Position numbers and translations under genes: made by a program
Assembly: GCA_024637135.1 (NCBI GenBank)
Contig: JAGXFT010000018.1
Coordinates: forward strand, 1,208 to 65,207
DNA length: 64,000 nt
From: Nitriliruptorales bacterium
GTDB lineage: Bacteria > Actinomycetota > Nitriliruptoria > Nitriliruptorales > Nitriliruptoraceae
Reading direction: 5' to 3'
Notes under the pieces: model-generated
The model's database searches: none
What the model saw: the letters and a program-made list of their open reading frames with translations, nothing else
What the model was told of the DNA's origin: nothing
Shown here: in pieces, positions 1-9,307 of the stretch
Position numbering within the stretch: the first letter of the stretch is position 1
Layout: every line of letters starts with the position of its first letter

Positions 1-1
1 G

Positions 2-550
2 GACTATCCGGCGATCGTCCCCCTGGTCCCCAGCGGCGCCGACGCCTCGGCGGCCCACCTGACGTGGGACGACCGCCCGTTCGAGCCCGACACGTTGACG
101 TTCTTCGAGATCGCGGGCTGCTACCGGCGCTACCACGCCCCGCTGAGCCGCTCGGTGTACCTGGGCACACCGCCACCGGCGGTGCGCCGGGCCGAGGAGG
201 CGCTGCTGGCGGGGGTCGCGGCCGGGATCGATGCCGCTCGAGCGGGCAACCGTGCCTGTGACATCGCCGACGCGCTGCACCGCGAACTGGCCGCCGCCGG
301 GATCGAACGCGAGGGTCGCTGCGGCTACCCGATCGGGTTGTCCTACCCGCCGGACTGGGGGGAACGCACGATCAGCCTGCGGGCCAACGACACCACGGTG
401 CTGGAACCCGACATGACGTTCCACTTCATGCCGGGCCTGTGGACCGACGACTGGGGCCTGGAGATCACCGAGAGCATCCGCATCCGGGCCGACGTCCCCG
501 CCGAGGTGCTGGCCGACGTGCCCCGCGAACTCGTCGTCGTGGACGCCTGA
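2..550 (+). CDS. M24 (Xaa-Pro peptidase fold) protein, ectoine hydrolase DoeA/EutD-like; 5'-truncated by window edge
   Basis: Frame open from position 2 (DYPAIVPLVPSG..AAHLTWDD..FFEIAGCYRRYHAPLSRS..GYPIGLSYPPDWGERTISLR..MTFHFMPGLW..GLEITES), motifs typical of DoeA/EutD. Confidence 0.75.
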   Translation, partial: DYPAIVPLVPSGADASAAHLTWDDRPFEPDTLTFFEIAGCYRRYHAPLSRSVYLGTPPPAVRRAEEALLAGVAAGIDAARAGNRACDIADALHRELAAAGIEREGRCGYPIGLSYPPDWGERTISLRANDTTVLEPDMTFHFMPGLWTDDWGLEITESIRIRADVPAEVLADVPRELVVVDA

Positions 551-553
551 GCC

Positions 554-1753
554 GTGGCCTCGTCGGTGACCATGCCAGCCCCCGGCCACCACGGGGATCG
601 ACTGGACGCCACCCTCCACCTGCTGGCCGGGATGGTCGCCGAGGAGACCACCGAGGACCGTTCCAACGTCGCCGTGATCGACCTCGCCGAACAGGTGCTG
701 ACCGCGGTCGGGGCGACCTGCGTGCGGACCGGCGACCCGGCGTCCGGCAAGGCCAACCTGTTCGCCACCATCGGTCCTGCCGTCGACGGCGGCGTGGTCG
801 TGTCCGGCCACACCGACGTGGTCCCGGCCAAGGACGTCCACAACTGGACGACGCCGCCGTTCACGATGACCCGCCGCGGGTCTCGCGTGGTCGGCCGCGG
901 CACGGCCGACATGAAGGGATTCCTCGCCGCCTGCCTCGCGATGGCACCGGTAGTCGCGGCCGCGGACCTCGTTCGCCCCCTGCACCTGGCCATGACCTAC
1001 GACGAGGAGGTCGGGTGCCGTGGCGCACCGTGGCTGCTGGCCGACCTCGCCGCGACCGGCCCCCGTCCCGCGGCCGCCATCATTGGCGAACCGACCATGA
1101 TGAACGTGATCACCGCGCACAAGGGCTGCCACGAGTACCGCACGACCATCACCGGGGTGCCGGGCCACGGCTCGACCCCGGACCGTTCCGTCAACGCGAT
1201 CTGGCACGCCGCGCGCTACGTCGTCGGCCTCCACGGCCTGGCCGAGGGCCTGCGGGAGCGCGCACCGGCCGACAGCCCCTTCGACCCGCCGGAGTCGACC
1301 CTGAGCATCGGCACCATCCGCGGCGGCCAGGCCCGCAACGTGATCGCGGGCTCGTGCCACCTGGACTGGGAGTTCCGGCCCGTCAACGATGCCGACGCGG
1401 CCTGGGTCGCGGCCGAGGTGGCCGCGATGGAACTCGAGTTGGCCACCCAGTTGGCGGAACTGTCGCCGGACGCGCGGGTCGAGCGGATCACCGACGGCGA
1501 GGTCCGGGGCCTGGAGACGCCGACGGACTCGCCCGCGGTGGCGCTGATGGGCCGATTGCTGGACCACCCCCGGCTCGACGTCGTGTCCTACAACACCGAG
1601 GCCGGACTGTTCGACGCCGCCGGGATCCCGGCGATCGTGTGTGGGCCCGGCAGCATCGACGTCGCCCACCGACCGGACGAGTTCGTGGAGGTCGACCAAC
1701 TCCGGTCGTGCCTCGCGATGTTGGACCGCCTGGTCGTCGACCTGTCGAGCTGA
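554..1753 (+). CDS. argE: M20 family deacetylase, acetylornithine deacetylase ArgE-like
   Basis: SGHTDVVP, GRGTADMKGF, YDEEVGC, IIGEPT, GPGSIDVAHRPDE metal-binding motifs. Confidence 0.75.
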   Translation: MASSVTMPAPGHHGDRLDATLHLLAGMVAEETTEDRSNVAVIDLAEQVLTAVGATCVRTGDPASGKANLFATIGPAVDGGVVVSGHTDVVPAKDVHNWTTPPFTMTRRGSRVVGRGTADMKGFLAACLAMAPVVAAADLVRPLHLAMTYDEEVGCRGAPWLLADLAATGPRPAAAIIGEPTMMNVITAHKGCHEYRTTITGVPGHGSTPDRSVNAIWHAARYVVGLHGLAEGLRERAPADSPFDPPESTLSIGTIRGGQARNVIAGSCHLDWEFRPVNDADAAWVAAEVAAMELELATQLAELSPDARVERITDGEVRGLETPTDSPAVALMGRLLDHPRLDVVSYNTEAGLFDAAGIPAIVCGPGSIDVAHRPDEFVEVDQLRSCLAMLDRLVVDLSS

Positions 1754-1810
1754 CTCGTCCCTGACGGCCGGTCCTGCTCGTGATGGCGCACGGGATCGAC
1801 GGGCCGGGCG

Positions 1811-3076
1811 TCAGTCGTCGCGGGCGGCCTCGCCGCACCAGTGCCGCCGACGCTGGCGCAGGAAGCGTTCCTCGGCCCGGTTGTCGACCAACGCGAGCGC
1901 ACGGTCGGCGGCTGCGACGGCAGCGACGGAGCGACCCATCCGGGCCAGCAGTTCGGCCCGGGCGGCGTGCCAGTAGTGCCACTCATCCAGGTCCAGCCCC
2001 TCGATCTGGGACAGGGCCTCCGCAGCGCCCTCGACCTCGGCCACCGCCAGTGCCCGGTTCAGGGCCACCACCGCCGTGGGTTGCATGGTGAACAGGTGGT
2101 CGTAGAGCGCGACGACCTGCGGCCAGTCGGTGGCACACGCCGTCGGGGCGTCGGTGTGCACGGCCTGGATGGCGGCCTGCAGCTGGTAGGGCCCGGGTCG
2201 GTTGCGGGTGAGGCAGTCCTGCACGAGCCGGTGACCCTCGCCGATGGCGTCCCGGTCCCACCGCGACCGGTTCTGCAGGTCGAGCCGCACCAGCAGCCCG
2301 TCGGGCCCGATCCGGGCTGGGCGGCGCGACTCCGTCAACACCAACAGGGCCAGCAGGCCGGTGGCCTCGGCCTCGTCCGGCAGCAGGCCAGCGACCAGTC
2401 GCGCCAGCCGGACGGACTCGCGACACAGGTCGACCCTGGCCAGGCGATCACCGGTGGAGGCCGTGTGGCCCCCCGTGTAGATCAGGTAGATGGTGGCGAG
2501 CACGCCCGCCACACGATCCTGCAGGACGGATTCGTCCGGGATCCGGTAGGCGATCCCGGCATCGCGGATCTTGCGCTTCGCGCGCGACAGGCGCTGGGCC
2601 ATCGTCGGTTCCGGCACCAGGAACGCCCGGGCGATCTCGCGGGTGGTGAGCCCGCCGACCAGCCGCAGGCTCAGGGCGACCTGGGCAGGATGCGACAGCG
2701 CCGGGTGGCAGCAGGTGAAGAGCAGGCGGAGTTGGTCGTCAGGCATGGGCTCGGCCACCTCCTCGATCTCTTCACGGAGCGATTGGGCAAGGGCGGCCGC
2801 GATCGATCGCGGCATGCGAACGGACTCGCGCCGGTGCCGATCGATCGAGCGCCGGCGGGCGGTCGTGATGATCCACCCGGCCGGGCTCGGTGGCACACCC
2901 TCGACGGGCCAGCGTCGCAGGGCCACCTCGAAGGCCTCCTGGACCACCTCCTCAGCGACACCGATGTCGCCGACGAGACGGATCAGGGTGGCGACGGCCC
3001 GGCCGTACTCCTCGCGGAAGACCTGGTCGACCGTCGCCGCCGACGCCGCCGGAGCGGCTCGGTCGAGATGACTCAT
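1811..3076 (-). CDS. ECF sigma factor with long C-terminal TPR-like extension (ECF42-type)
   Basis: sigma2 (AEEVVQEAF), sigma4 (LRLVGGLTTREIARAFLV), LRLLFTCCHPAL, GPYQLQAAI; overlaps upstream DGPF/YciI gene. Confidence 0.85.
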   Translation of the reverse strand: MSHLDRAAPAASAATVDQVFREEYGRAVATLIRLVGDIGVAEEVVQEAFEVALRRWPVEGVPPSPAGWIITTARRRSIDRHRRESVRMPRSIAAALAQSLREEIEEVAEPMPDDQLRLLFTCCHPALSHPAQVALSLRLVGGLTTREIARAFLVPEPTMAQRLSRAKRKIRDAGIAYRIPDESVLQDRVAGVLATIYLIYTGGHTASTGDRLARVDLCRESVRLARLVAGLLPDEAEATGLLALLVLTESRRPARIGPDGLLVRLDLQNRSRWDRDAIGEGHRLVQDCLTRNRPGPYQLQAAIQAVHTDAPTACATDWPQVVALYDHLFTMQPTAVVALNRALAVAEVEGAAEALSQIEGLDLDEWHYWHAARAELLARMGRSVAAVAAADRALALVDNRAEERFLRQRRRHWCGEAARDD

Positions 3077-3438
3077 GCGTCATCGTCTTCCGGCTCGACC
3101 TGGAACGGACGGACCTCGATCCGCTCGCCACAGGCGACCGAGGCGCGCGCGCCCAGGTCCAGCGCAGCGTCGAGGTCGGGTGCCGTCACGACCCAGAAAC
3201 CACCCAACTGCTCCTTGGTCTCGGCGTACGGGCCGTCGGTCATCACCGCGCTGCCGGCGGTGGCGTCGACGATGGTGGCGGTGTCGGGGGCCTGGAGGCC
3301 ACCGGCGAACACCCACGCGCCGGACGACGCCAGGTCGGCGTTGAACTCGTCGACGGCAGCGAAGGCTGCCATCATCTCGTCCTCGCTGGTTGCCGGAGCG
3401 TCGAAGTCGGTGTGGACGGCGAGCAGGTACTGGTTCAT
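3073..3438 (-). CDS. YciI/DGPF-family protein
   Basis: TDGPYAETKEQLGGFW motif; CAGGAG RBS before ATG at 3438. Confidence 0.85.
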   Translation of the reverse strand: MNQYLLAVHTDFDAPATSEDEMMAAFAAVDEFNADLASSGAWVFAGGLQAPDTATIVDATAGSAVMTDGPYAETKEQLGGFWVVTAPDLDAALDLGARASVACGERIEVRPFQVEPEDDDA

Positions 3439-3489
3439 GGTGAACTCCTGAATTGTCACGTGCCGGCAGTGTGCCGACCTCACCCACCA

Positions 3490-3516
3490 CACGAACTGGA
3501 CGAACGATCCTCGACA
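3490..3516 (-). promoter_or_regulatory. Putative ECF42-type autoregulated promoter (TGTCGA-N17-CGTG)
   Basis: Minus-strand TGTCGA at 3516-3511 and CGTG at 3493-3490, upstream of the DGPF-ECF operon; resembles the reported ECF42 consensus TGTCGA...CG(A/T)C. Confidence 0.45.
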
Positions 3517-3555
3517 TCACGCCTCTGGACCGTGCGCTCGGCGCACGCCCGTTGT

Positions 3556-3584
3556 GTGTGCGACCGTGTGCGACCGTGTGCGAC
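3556..3584. repeat. 10-bp tandem repeat (GTGTGCGACC) x~3
   Basis: gtgtgcgacc gtgtgcgacc gtgtgcgac read directly. Confidence 0.85.
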
Positions 3585-3628
3585 GAGCACGGCTGGACGG
3601 ACAGATATCGGCGCGCAGTCTGCACGGA

Positions 3629-4159
3629 CTACGTCGACAGGTCCACCAGGGCCGTCACGGTGCGCCAGTTGCGGACCGTGCCGTCGACGCCCAGTCGTCG
3701 TGTCAGCAACGTCAACGACAGCCTGCTGTCGTGGCTGGCGGTGTCGTAGGCGAGGTGGACCTCCCGACCGACCACCCGACACCAGTCCGGGTCGAAGGAC
3801 TCGCCGTGGAGGTCCGCGACCGCGTCGGGACCGGGGGTCTCGGCCAGGAAGGCCACCATCGACCGTGTCGGGTCCGGATCGGTCCACGGATGGGCGGCCG
3901 CGGCCACGGCCAGGTCCTGGGCCGACCGGGCGATCACGGGGACGTCCACGTCGGCGGACGCCACCACGGCGTCATGGACCAGGTCGGCGACCCCGTGCTC
4001 ACTGCGGTGGCGCGTGGCCAGCACGACGTTGCCGCTCTGGAGGTACGTCCGGACGTCGGGATACCCGCGACCGTCCAGCTCGTCGCGCAGGCCGGGCATC
4101 GACACCCGGTTGTGGGCACCGACGTTGATGCCGCGCAGGAGGCAGACCCAGGTCGGCAC
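3629..4159 (-). CDS. DUF1697 family protein
   Basis: LLRGINVG..N, VRTYLQSGNVV, GTVRNWRTV. Confidence 0.85.
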   Translation of the reverse strand: MPTWVCLLRGINVGAHNRVSMPGLRDELDGRGYPDVRTYLQSGNVVLATRHRSEHGVADLVHDAVVASADVDVPVIARSAQDLAVAAAAHPWTDPDPTRSMVAFLAETPGPDAVADLHGESFDPDWCRVVGREVHLAYDTASHDSRLSLTLLTRRLGVDGTVRNWRTVTALVDLST

Positions 4160-4162
4160 GCG

Positions 4163-4990
4163 TCAGCCTTCCTGGAGCACGTCGTCGCTGGACAGGTCGT
4201 CCGAGAAGCGCCGATCGGGCAGGAACGCCAACTGGGTGCGCACCCGTGCCACCTCGTCGGTGTCGACCGTGCCCATCACCAGGCCCGGCTGGTCGGCCAT
4301 CGTCGCGACGGTGGCGCCCCACGGGTCGACGAGGGTCGTGTCGCCGCCGTAGGGCAGGTCACCACCGTCCACCCGCCGGCCCACACCGACGCGGTTGACG
4401 CCCAGCACGAACGCCTGGTCCTCGATCGCCCGGGCGGTCAGCAGTGCCTGCCAGTGCTTCCGACGACGGCTCGGCCAGTTGGCCGGCACGACGTACAGGT
4501 CGACGTCCGGGGCCAGTTCCCAGAAGACGTTCGCGAACCGCAGGTCGTAGCAGACGAACAACGCCACCCGGACGCCCTCGACGTCGACCACGACCAGCCG
4601 TCGCCCCGGGGCGAAGTGGTCGGCCTCGCCGCCGTGCGAGAACGGGTGCACCTTGTCGTAGTGGTGCAGGTCCCCGTCGGGCGACGCCAGCAGCAACCGG
4701 TTGGTCGGCCGTTCGTCGGTGCCCCCGTCGCGACAGGCGAACGACCCGGCCGTCCAGGCCCCGGTCATCATCGCCGCGTCACGCAGGAACGTCGCCGAGG
4801 GACCGTCGGAGGCCTCGGCGGTCCGTTCGGTGTCCATCGAGAAGCCGCTGGGGAACATCTCCGGCAACACGACCAGGCGCGCGCCGTTGGCCGCCGCCCG
4901 CGACACCTGCACGCCCAGCAGGGCGAGGTTGGTGTCGCGGTCCTCCCAGGCGAGGTCGGCCTGCACGCCTGCCACCTGCAGCCGGGCCAT
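4163..4990 (-). CDS. Carbon-nitrogen hydrolase (nitrilase superfamily, omega-amidase-like)
   Basis: LPEMF, YDKVH, VCYDLRF (E-K-C triad), ARAIEDQ. Confidence 0.85.
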   Translation of the reverse strand: MARLQVAGVQADLAWEDRDTNLALLGVQVSRAAANGARLVVLPEMFPSGFSMDTERTAEASDGPSATFLRDAAMMTGAWTAGSFACRDGGTDERPTNRLLLASPDGDLHHYDKVHPFSHGGEADHFAPGRRLVVVDVEGVRVALFVCYDLRFANVFWELAPDVDLYVVPANWPSRRRKHWQALLTARAIEDQAFVLGVNRVGVGRRVDGGDLPYGGDTTLVDPWGATVATMADQPGLVMGTVDTDEVARVRTQLAFLPDRRFSDDLSSDDVLQEG

Positions 4991-5640
4991 CAGTCGGCGC
5001 CTGGCCGGCCGTTGGCCGACGCGCCGGTCGCCAGGATGCGCAGTGGCGGCGGCTCGGACTCCAGCCCCTTGAGGCCGTTCCAGAGCAGGTTCACGAGGTG
5101 GCTGGCCATCCGATCGCGGTCAGGTTTGCCGGCCTCCAGCCACCACTCCCCCACGAATGCGACCGCGCCGATCAACATCCGCGCGTACATCGGGGCCGCC
5201 TCGGCGTCGAAGCCGCGGTCGGCGAAGGTCGCGAGCAGCAACTGCTCGACCCGGACCGCGACGTCGCCCATCACGGTGGCCAACGCGCTCTCGCCGCGCC
5301 CGACCGGGGCATCACGGACCAGCACCTTGAAGCCGTCACCGCGCTCGTCGATGTAGGTCAGGAAGGCCAGGGCCGCCTGTTCACCCGCGATCCGGGCCTT
5401 GTCGGTGGAGATGGCGGCCGTCATGCGGGCCGACAGTTCGTCGATCTCGCGGTCGACCACGACCGCGTAGAGCCCGTCCTTGCCGCCGAAGTGCTCGTAG
5501 ACGACCGGCTTGGTCACCCCGGCCCGTTCCGCGATCTCCTCCACGGTGGCGGCCTGGTAGCCACGCTCGGCGAACAGGCCACGACCGACCTCGATCAGCT
5601 GTTGGCGTCGCTGCGACCCCGTCATGCGGGTCGTGGGCAT
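4990..5640 (-). CDS. TetR/AcrR family regulator
   Basis: N-terminal HTH TVEEIAERAGVTKPVVYEHFGGK. Confidence 0.9.
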   Translation of the reverse strand: MPTTRMTGSQRRQQLIEVGRGLFAERGYQAATVEEIAERAGVTKPVVYEHFGGKDGLYAVVVDREIDELSARMTAAISTDKARIAGEQAALAFLTYIDERGDGFKVLVRDAPVGRGESALATVMGDVAVRVEQLLLATFADRGFDAEAAPMYARMLIGAVAFVGEWWLEAGKPDRDRMASHLVNLLWNGLKGLESEPPPLRILATGASANGRPGAD

Positions 5641-5713
5641 CGCGAGGCCTTCCGGTCAGGCGCGGAGGTGGGACGACGATCCGGCAGGACGCGCGAGCGC
5701 GTCGTGCCGGGAC

Positions 5714-6691
5714 TCAGGTCTTGGCTGGCCGCGGAAGGCGCTTGCGCTCCATCTGGGTGGCGCTCGGCAACTTCACGTTGCGAGCGATGCCGACCAGCTT
5801 CATCGCGCGGATCGTCATCCACGACAGGTCGAACTCCCACCAGCGCAGGCCGTGGCGGGCGGAGGCCGGAAAGGCGTGGTGGGCGTTGTGCCAGGACTCG
5901 CCGAAGGACACCACGCTCAACCACAGGTTGTTGCGCGACTCGTCGCGGGCCTTGAACGGCGTGGACCCGTAGAAGTGGCAGATCGAGTTGATCGACCAGG
6001 TCACGTGGTGGAGCAGGAAGACGCGGACGAGTCCACCCCACACCAACCCGGTGACGGCGCCGGCGAACGAGCCCGCCCACAGGCCGCCAAGCAGCGCGGG
6101 CGTCCCGAAGGTCACGAGGATGAGCCACGGGAACGACTTCTGGACCCGCACGATCCCCGGGTTGTCGAGCAGGTCGGGGGCCCAGACCTCGGCCTTGGTG
6201 CCCGACGGGGCGAACATCCAGCCCAGGTGCGCGTGGAGCAGGCCCTTGACGACTCCCTTGACGCCGTCGGCGGCCTCGAGGTGTGGCGAGTGCGGATCCC
6301 CCTCCTCGTCGGAGTAGGCGTGGTGGCGGCGGTGGGTGGCGACCCAGTCGATGACGCCGCCCTCGATCGCCAACGAGCCCGCGATCGCCCAGCCGACCCG
6401 CACCCAGTTGGGCACGTCGAAGGACTTGTGGGTCAGCAGGCGATGGAAGCCCACGGTGATGCCCAGTCCGGTCACGACGTAGAAGGCCCCGAACAGCACG
6501 AGATCCCGGCCGGTCAACCCCCAGCCCCACACCTGCACGGCCGCGAACAGGATCCCCAGCGGCGGGATGATCGAGATGGCCAGCATCGAGCGGCGCTGCC
6601 ACTTGACGGTCTTCTCGGTGGGAACTTCGACGCCACGGACGGTGGCGGCGACGGAGCGCATGTCGGTGACGACATCGGCAGGTGAACGCAT
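5714..6691 (-). CDS. Acyl-CoA (delta-9-like) fatty acid desaturase
   Basis: His boxes HRLLTH, HRRHH, HNAHH; GESWHN; membrane segments; start inferred at MRSPADV. Confidence 0.9.
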   Translation of the reverse strand: MRSPADVVTDMRSVAATVRGVEVPTEKTVKWQRRSMLAISIIPPLGILFAAVQVWGWGLTGRDLVLFGAFYVVTGLGITVGFHRLLTHKSFDVPNWVRVGWAIAGSLAIEGGVIDWVATHRRHHAYSDEEGDPHSPHLEAADGVKGVVKGLLHAHLGWMFAPSGTKAEVWAPDLLDNPGIVRVQKSFPWLILVTFGTPALLGGLWAGSFAGAVTGLVWGGLVRVFLLHHVTWSINSICHFYGSTPFKARDESRNNLWLSVVSFGESWHNAHHAFPASARHGLRWWEFDLSWMTIRAMKLVGIARNVKLPSATQMERKRLPRPAKT

Positions 6692-6946
6692 GGAGACCTC
6701 GAAGTGACGTGATCGTCGGTTCGGGTGTCCGACGGGTTTCGGATGGCGATCGATCGGCGCGCCGGGCGGTCGACGTGCCCGGCCCTCGTCGCCACCGCAA
6801 CCTACGCCAGCGTAACCCAGCGCCCGTGCGGGTGTGGATCTCCGGGGTGTCCGCCCGGCCAGTCGCCGCCGTGGCGTCGTCCGAGGAGCCGCTGCGGGCA
6901 CGGGTCCTCTGCGACGGCCGTCGTCGCCACCCCGTAGCGTGGGACC

Positions 6947-7816
6947 ATGCTGCCCGACGTCGACACGCCCGCCCCCGCCCCGGCCTCGCCGGGGCCTGCG
7001 CTGGGGGCCGACGCCGCAATCGTCGTCGCCCGGGCTGCCACCGTGGCCGATGCCACCGTCGACGACCTGCGTCCCCGCCTGCTGGCCGGCACGGGCCGGT
7101 CCCGCCGCCGGGACAAGCGCGATGGCAGCCCGGTCACCGATGTCGACCTGGTCGTGGACGAACTGCTGGTCGACGCCATCACCACCGAGTTCCCCGACCA
7201 TTCGGTGATCTCGGAGGAGGGCCGCACGACCTGGGACGGGGCGGCCTGGACCTGGATCGTCGACCCGATCGACGGCACCACCAACTACGCCGCCGGGCTG
7301 CCGTGGTGGTGCGTGTCGATCGCGTTGGCCCACCACGGCGAGGTCGTGTGGGGCCTGATCGACGCGCCGACGCTGGACCGGCGCTGGACCGCGACACGCG
7401 GCGGCGGGGCGACCGTCGACGGGACCCCGATGGTGGTCAGCGCGGCATCGGACCTGTCGATGCGCTCGACCCGCCACGAGCCCATCGCGGTCACCCCGGG
7501 CACGATCCGCCGGTGGCAGGGCGGCACCTTCTTCAAGGCACGGGTGATCGGGTCGTCAGCGCTGGAACTTGCGCTGGTCGCCGACGGGAGCCTGGCTGCC
7601 GCCTACCAACGGGTCCCCAAGGTGTGGGACGTGGCCGCCGGCCTGGTCCTGGTGACCGAGGCCGGCGGGGCCGTGCTGGCGGTCGACGACGACAGCCACT
7701 TCCCCCTGCGCGAGGGCGTGGAGTACCGCGACACCAGCGTGGTGACCGCGGCCGGGCCATCGGTCGAGTGGTGTCGCGACCTCGCCGACCGGCTGTGGCC
7801 GACCGCCGACGCCTGA
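6947..7816 (+). CDS. Inositol monophosphatase family protein
   Basis: SEE, WIVDPIDGTTN, WDVAAG motifs; TAGCGT -10 six nt before ATG (leaderless). Confidence 0.9.
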   Translation: MLPDVDTPAPAPASPGPALGADAAIVVARAATVADATVDDLRPRLLAGTGRSRRRDKRDGSPVTDVDLVVDELLVDAITTEFPDHSVISEEGRTTWDGAAWTWIVDPIDGTTNYAAGLPWWCVSIALAHHGEVVWGLIDAPTLDRRWTATRGGGATVDGTPMVVSAASDLSMRSTRHEPIAVTPGTIRRWQGGTFFKARVIGSSALELALVADGSLAAAYQRVPKVWDVAAGLVLVTEAGGAVLAVDDDSHFPLREGVEYRDTSVVTAAGPSVEWCRDLADRLWPTADA

Positions 7817-7864
7817 TCCGTGAGCGATCGCCTGCCAGCCGCCACGAGCGATGGCGACGTGCCG

Positions 7865-8626
7865 ATGATCACCAGGCGCACGCTGTTGTGGGACCTCGGC
7901 GGGGCGGTGGCGTTCCTGGCGACCGCGGCCTGCACCGGCCCGACCCCCCTCGACCAGTCTGTCGACCAGTCCGTCGATGCGTCGACGGGTGCGGGGACGT
8001 CACCGGCCGCTCCGACCGGCACGCCCGACCCCGACGTGCTGCGGTGGGAACGGGTCCTGGGCGGTGCGGCGGCGGCCTACGTGCTGGTGCGCGGCGACGA
8101 GGCCACGATCGTGGACACCGGCCAGGCCGGCACTGCACTGCCCATCCAGGACGGCCTCGAGGTCCTGGGGCTGGACTGGGACGCCGTGTCGTCGGTGATC
8201 CTGACCCACCGCCACCCCGACCATGTCGGGAGCCTCGACGACGTCGCGGCGCGCGCCGCCCAGGCCCGGCTGCTCGCCGGGGAGGCCGACATCCGGGCGA
8301 TCGCCGGCCCGCGCCCGGTGGCGGCCATCGGGAACGGGTCGCGGGTCATGGACATGGAGGTGCTGGAGACCCCCGGTCACACGCCCGGCCACGTCAGCGT
8401 CTTCGACCCCGCGACCCGGCTGCTGGTCGCCGGCGACGCCCTCACCGGCACCGAGGATGGCGGGGTGGCCGGTCCAAACCCGTCATTCACACCCGACATG
8501 GACCTCGCCACGACGTCCGCCGCCAGCCTCGCCACCCTTCGTCCCGACGTCATCCTGTTCGGGCACGGGCCGCCGGCATCAGTCGATGCCGCGGCCGGCC
8601 TGGACGCCGCAGTCGCCGGCACGTGA
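7865..8626 (+). CDS. MBL-fold metallo-hydrolase, probable Tat lipoprotein
   Basis: ITRRTLL twin-Arg signal, LATAAC lipobox, THRHPDH, PGHTPGH, GDAL, FGHG. Confidence 0.8.
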   Translation: MITRRTLLWDLGGAVAFLATAACTGPTPLDQSVDQSVDASTGAGTSPAAPTGTPDPDVLRWERVLGGAAAAYVLVRGDEATIVDTGQAGTALPIQDGLEVLGLDWDAVSSVILTHRHPDHVGSLDDVAARAAQARLLAGEADIRAIAGPRPVAAIGNGSRVMDMEVLETPGHTPGHVSVFDPATRLLVAGDALTGTEDGGVAGPNPSFTPDMDLATTSAASLATLRPDVILFGHGPPASVDAAAGLDAAVAGT

Positions 8627-8667
8627 CAGCCACGCCCGCGGACCTCGCGGCGGGCCGGTCCAATGAC

Positions 8668-8708
8668 GACGGCCCGCCTGTTCCCGGGAAGGGAACGGAC
8701 GGGCCGTC
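8668..8708. terminator. GC-rich hairpin between convergent MBL gene and ssrA
   Basis: GACGGCCCG...CGGGCCGTC outer stem with inner GTTCCC/GGGAAC stem. Confidence 0.55.
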
Positions 8709-8729
8709 AGTGGGACGCGATGCCATCGG

Positions 8730-9086
8730 TGGTGGAGCTGGCGGGAGTCGAACCCGCGTGCCGCGATCCCGCTGAGGGTGGCTCTACGTGCGTAGGTTCC
8801 GGATGATCTCGGACGACGGTGCTCCGGCGCCAGGCAGCTTCCGTCGTCCACACCATGAAAGGTTTCCCGCCTCACACCATGGTCACCATGAGGCGGTGGA
8901 GCCCTGTGTCGTCGCTGCGGCCCCCCTACAGGGCGTCAGGGGCGCAACGTCACTGCAATCAAGCAGCGAGAGCCAGGTTGTCCTTGGCATTTGTGTGTTT
9001 CGACTGGTGATTTGCGGGAGTCAGTCGATTCTCCCGGCACGCTCCTCGCAAAGCGGACTGACCACGGTCGAAACCGTTTCAGCCCC
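8730..9086 (-). ncRNA. ssrA: tmRNA; encoded tag (A)AKDNLALAA* at 8988-8959
   Basis: 5' GGGGCTGAAACGGTTTCGAC, 3' GGGTTCGACTCCCGCCAGCTCCACCA; tag ORF GCC AAG GAC AAC CTG GCT CTC GCT GCT TGA; adjacent to smpB. Confidence 0.97.
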
Positions 9087-9235
9087 GAGCAGGTCGTCGC
9101 ACGTCCCGGCATGGTGCCGGACGGCGACGCGATGGCATCGCTGTGGAGTTGTCAAGGTGATCCGGCGGCTGCCGGTCTGTGGAGGGTAACGGTCCGGGAG
9201 CCCACGAGCATTCCGACCCCGACCGCCTCAGCGCG

Positions 9236-9273
9236 CCGGACGTTGTGAGCCCCCGGGCGAACAACTCCAACGC
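9236..9273 (+). repeat. Dispersed GA-hairpin repeat, copy A
   Basis: GGACGTTGTGAGC-CCCCGG-GCGAACAACTCCAAC, similar to copies at 31977 and 60132/60199. Confidence 0.75.
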
Positions 9274-9307
9274 TCCCGGAGTGACCGGTCGTCGAAGCCA
9301 GCAGCCC

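Noticed and set aside
8627-8730. Genomic island integrated at the ssrA 3' end
   Set aside because: No integrase or downstream att duplication; an ordinary gene follows directly.
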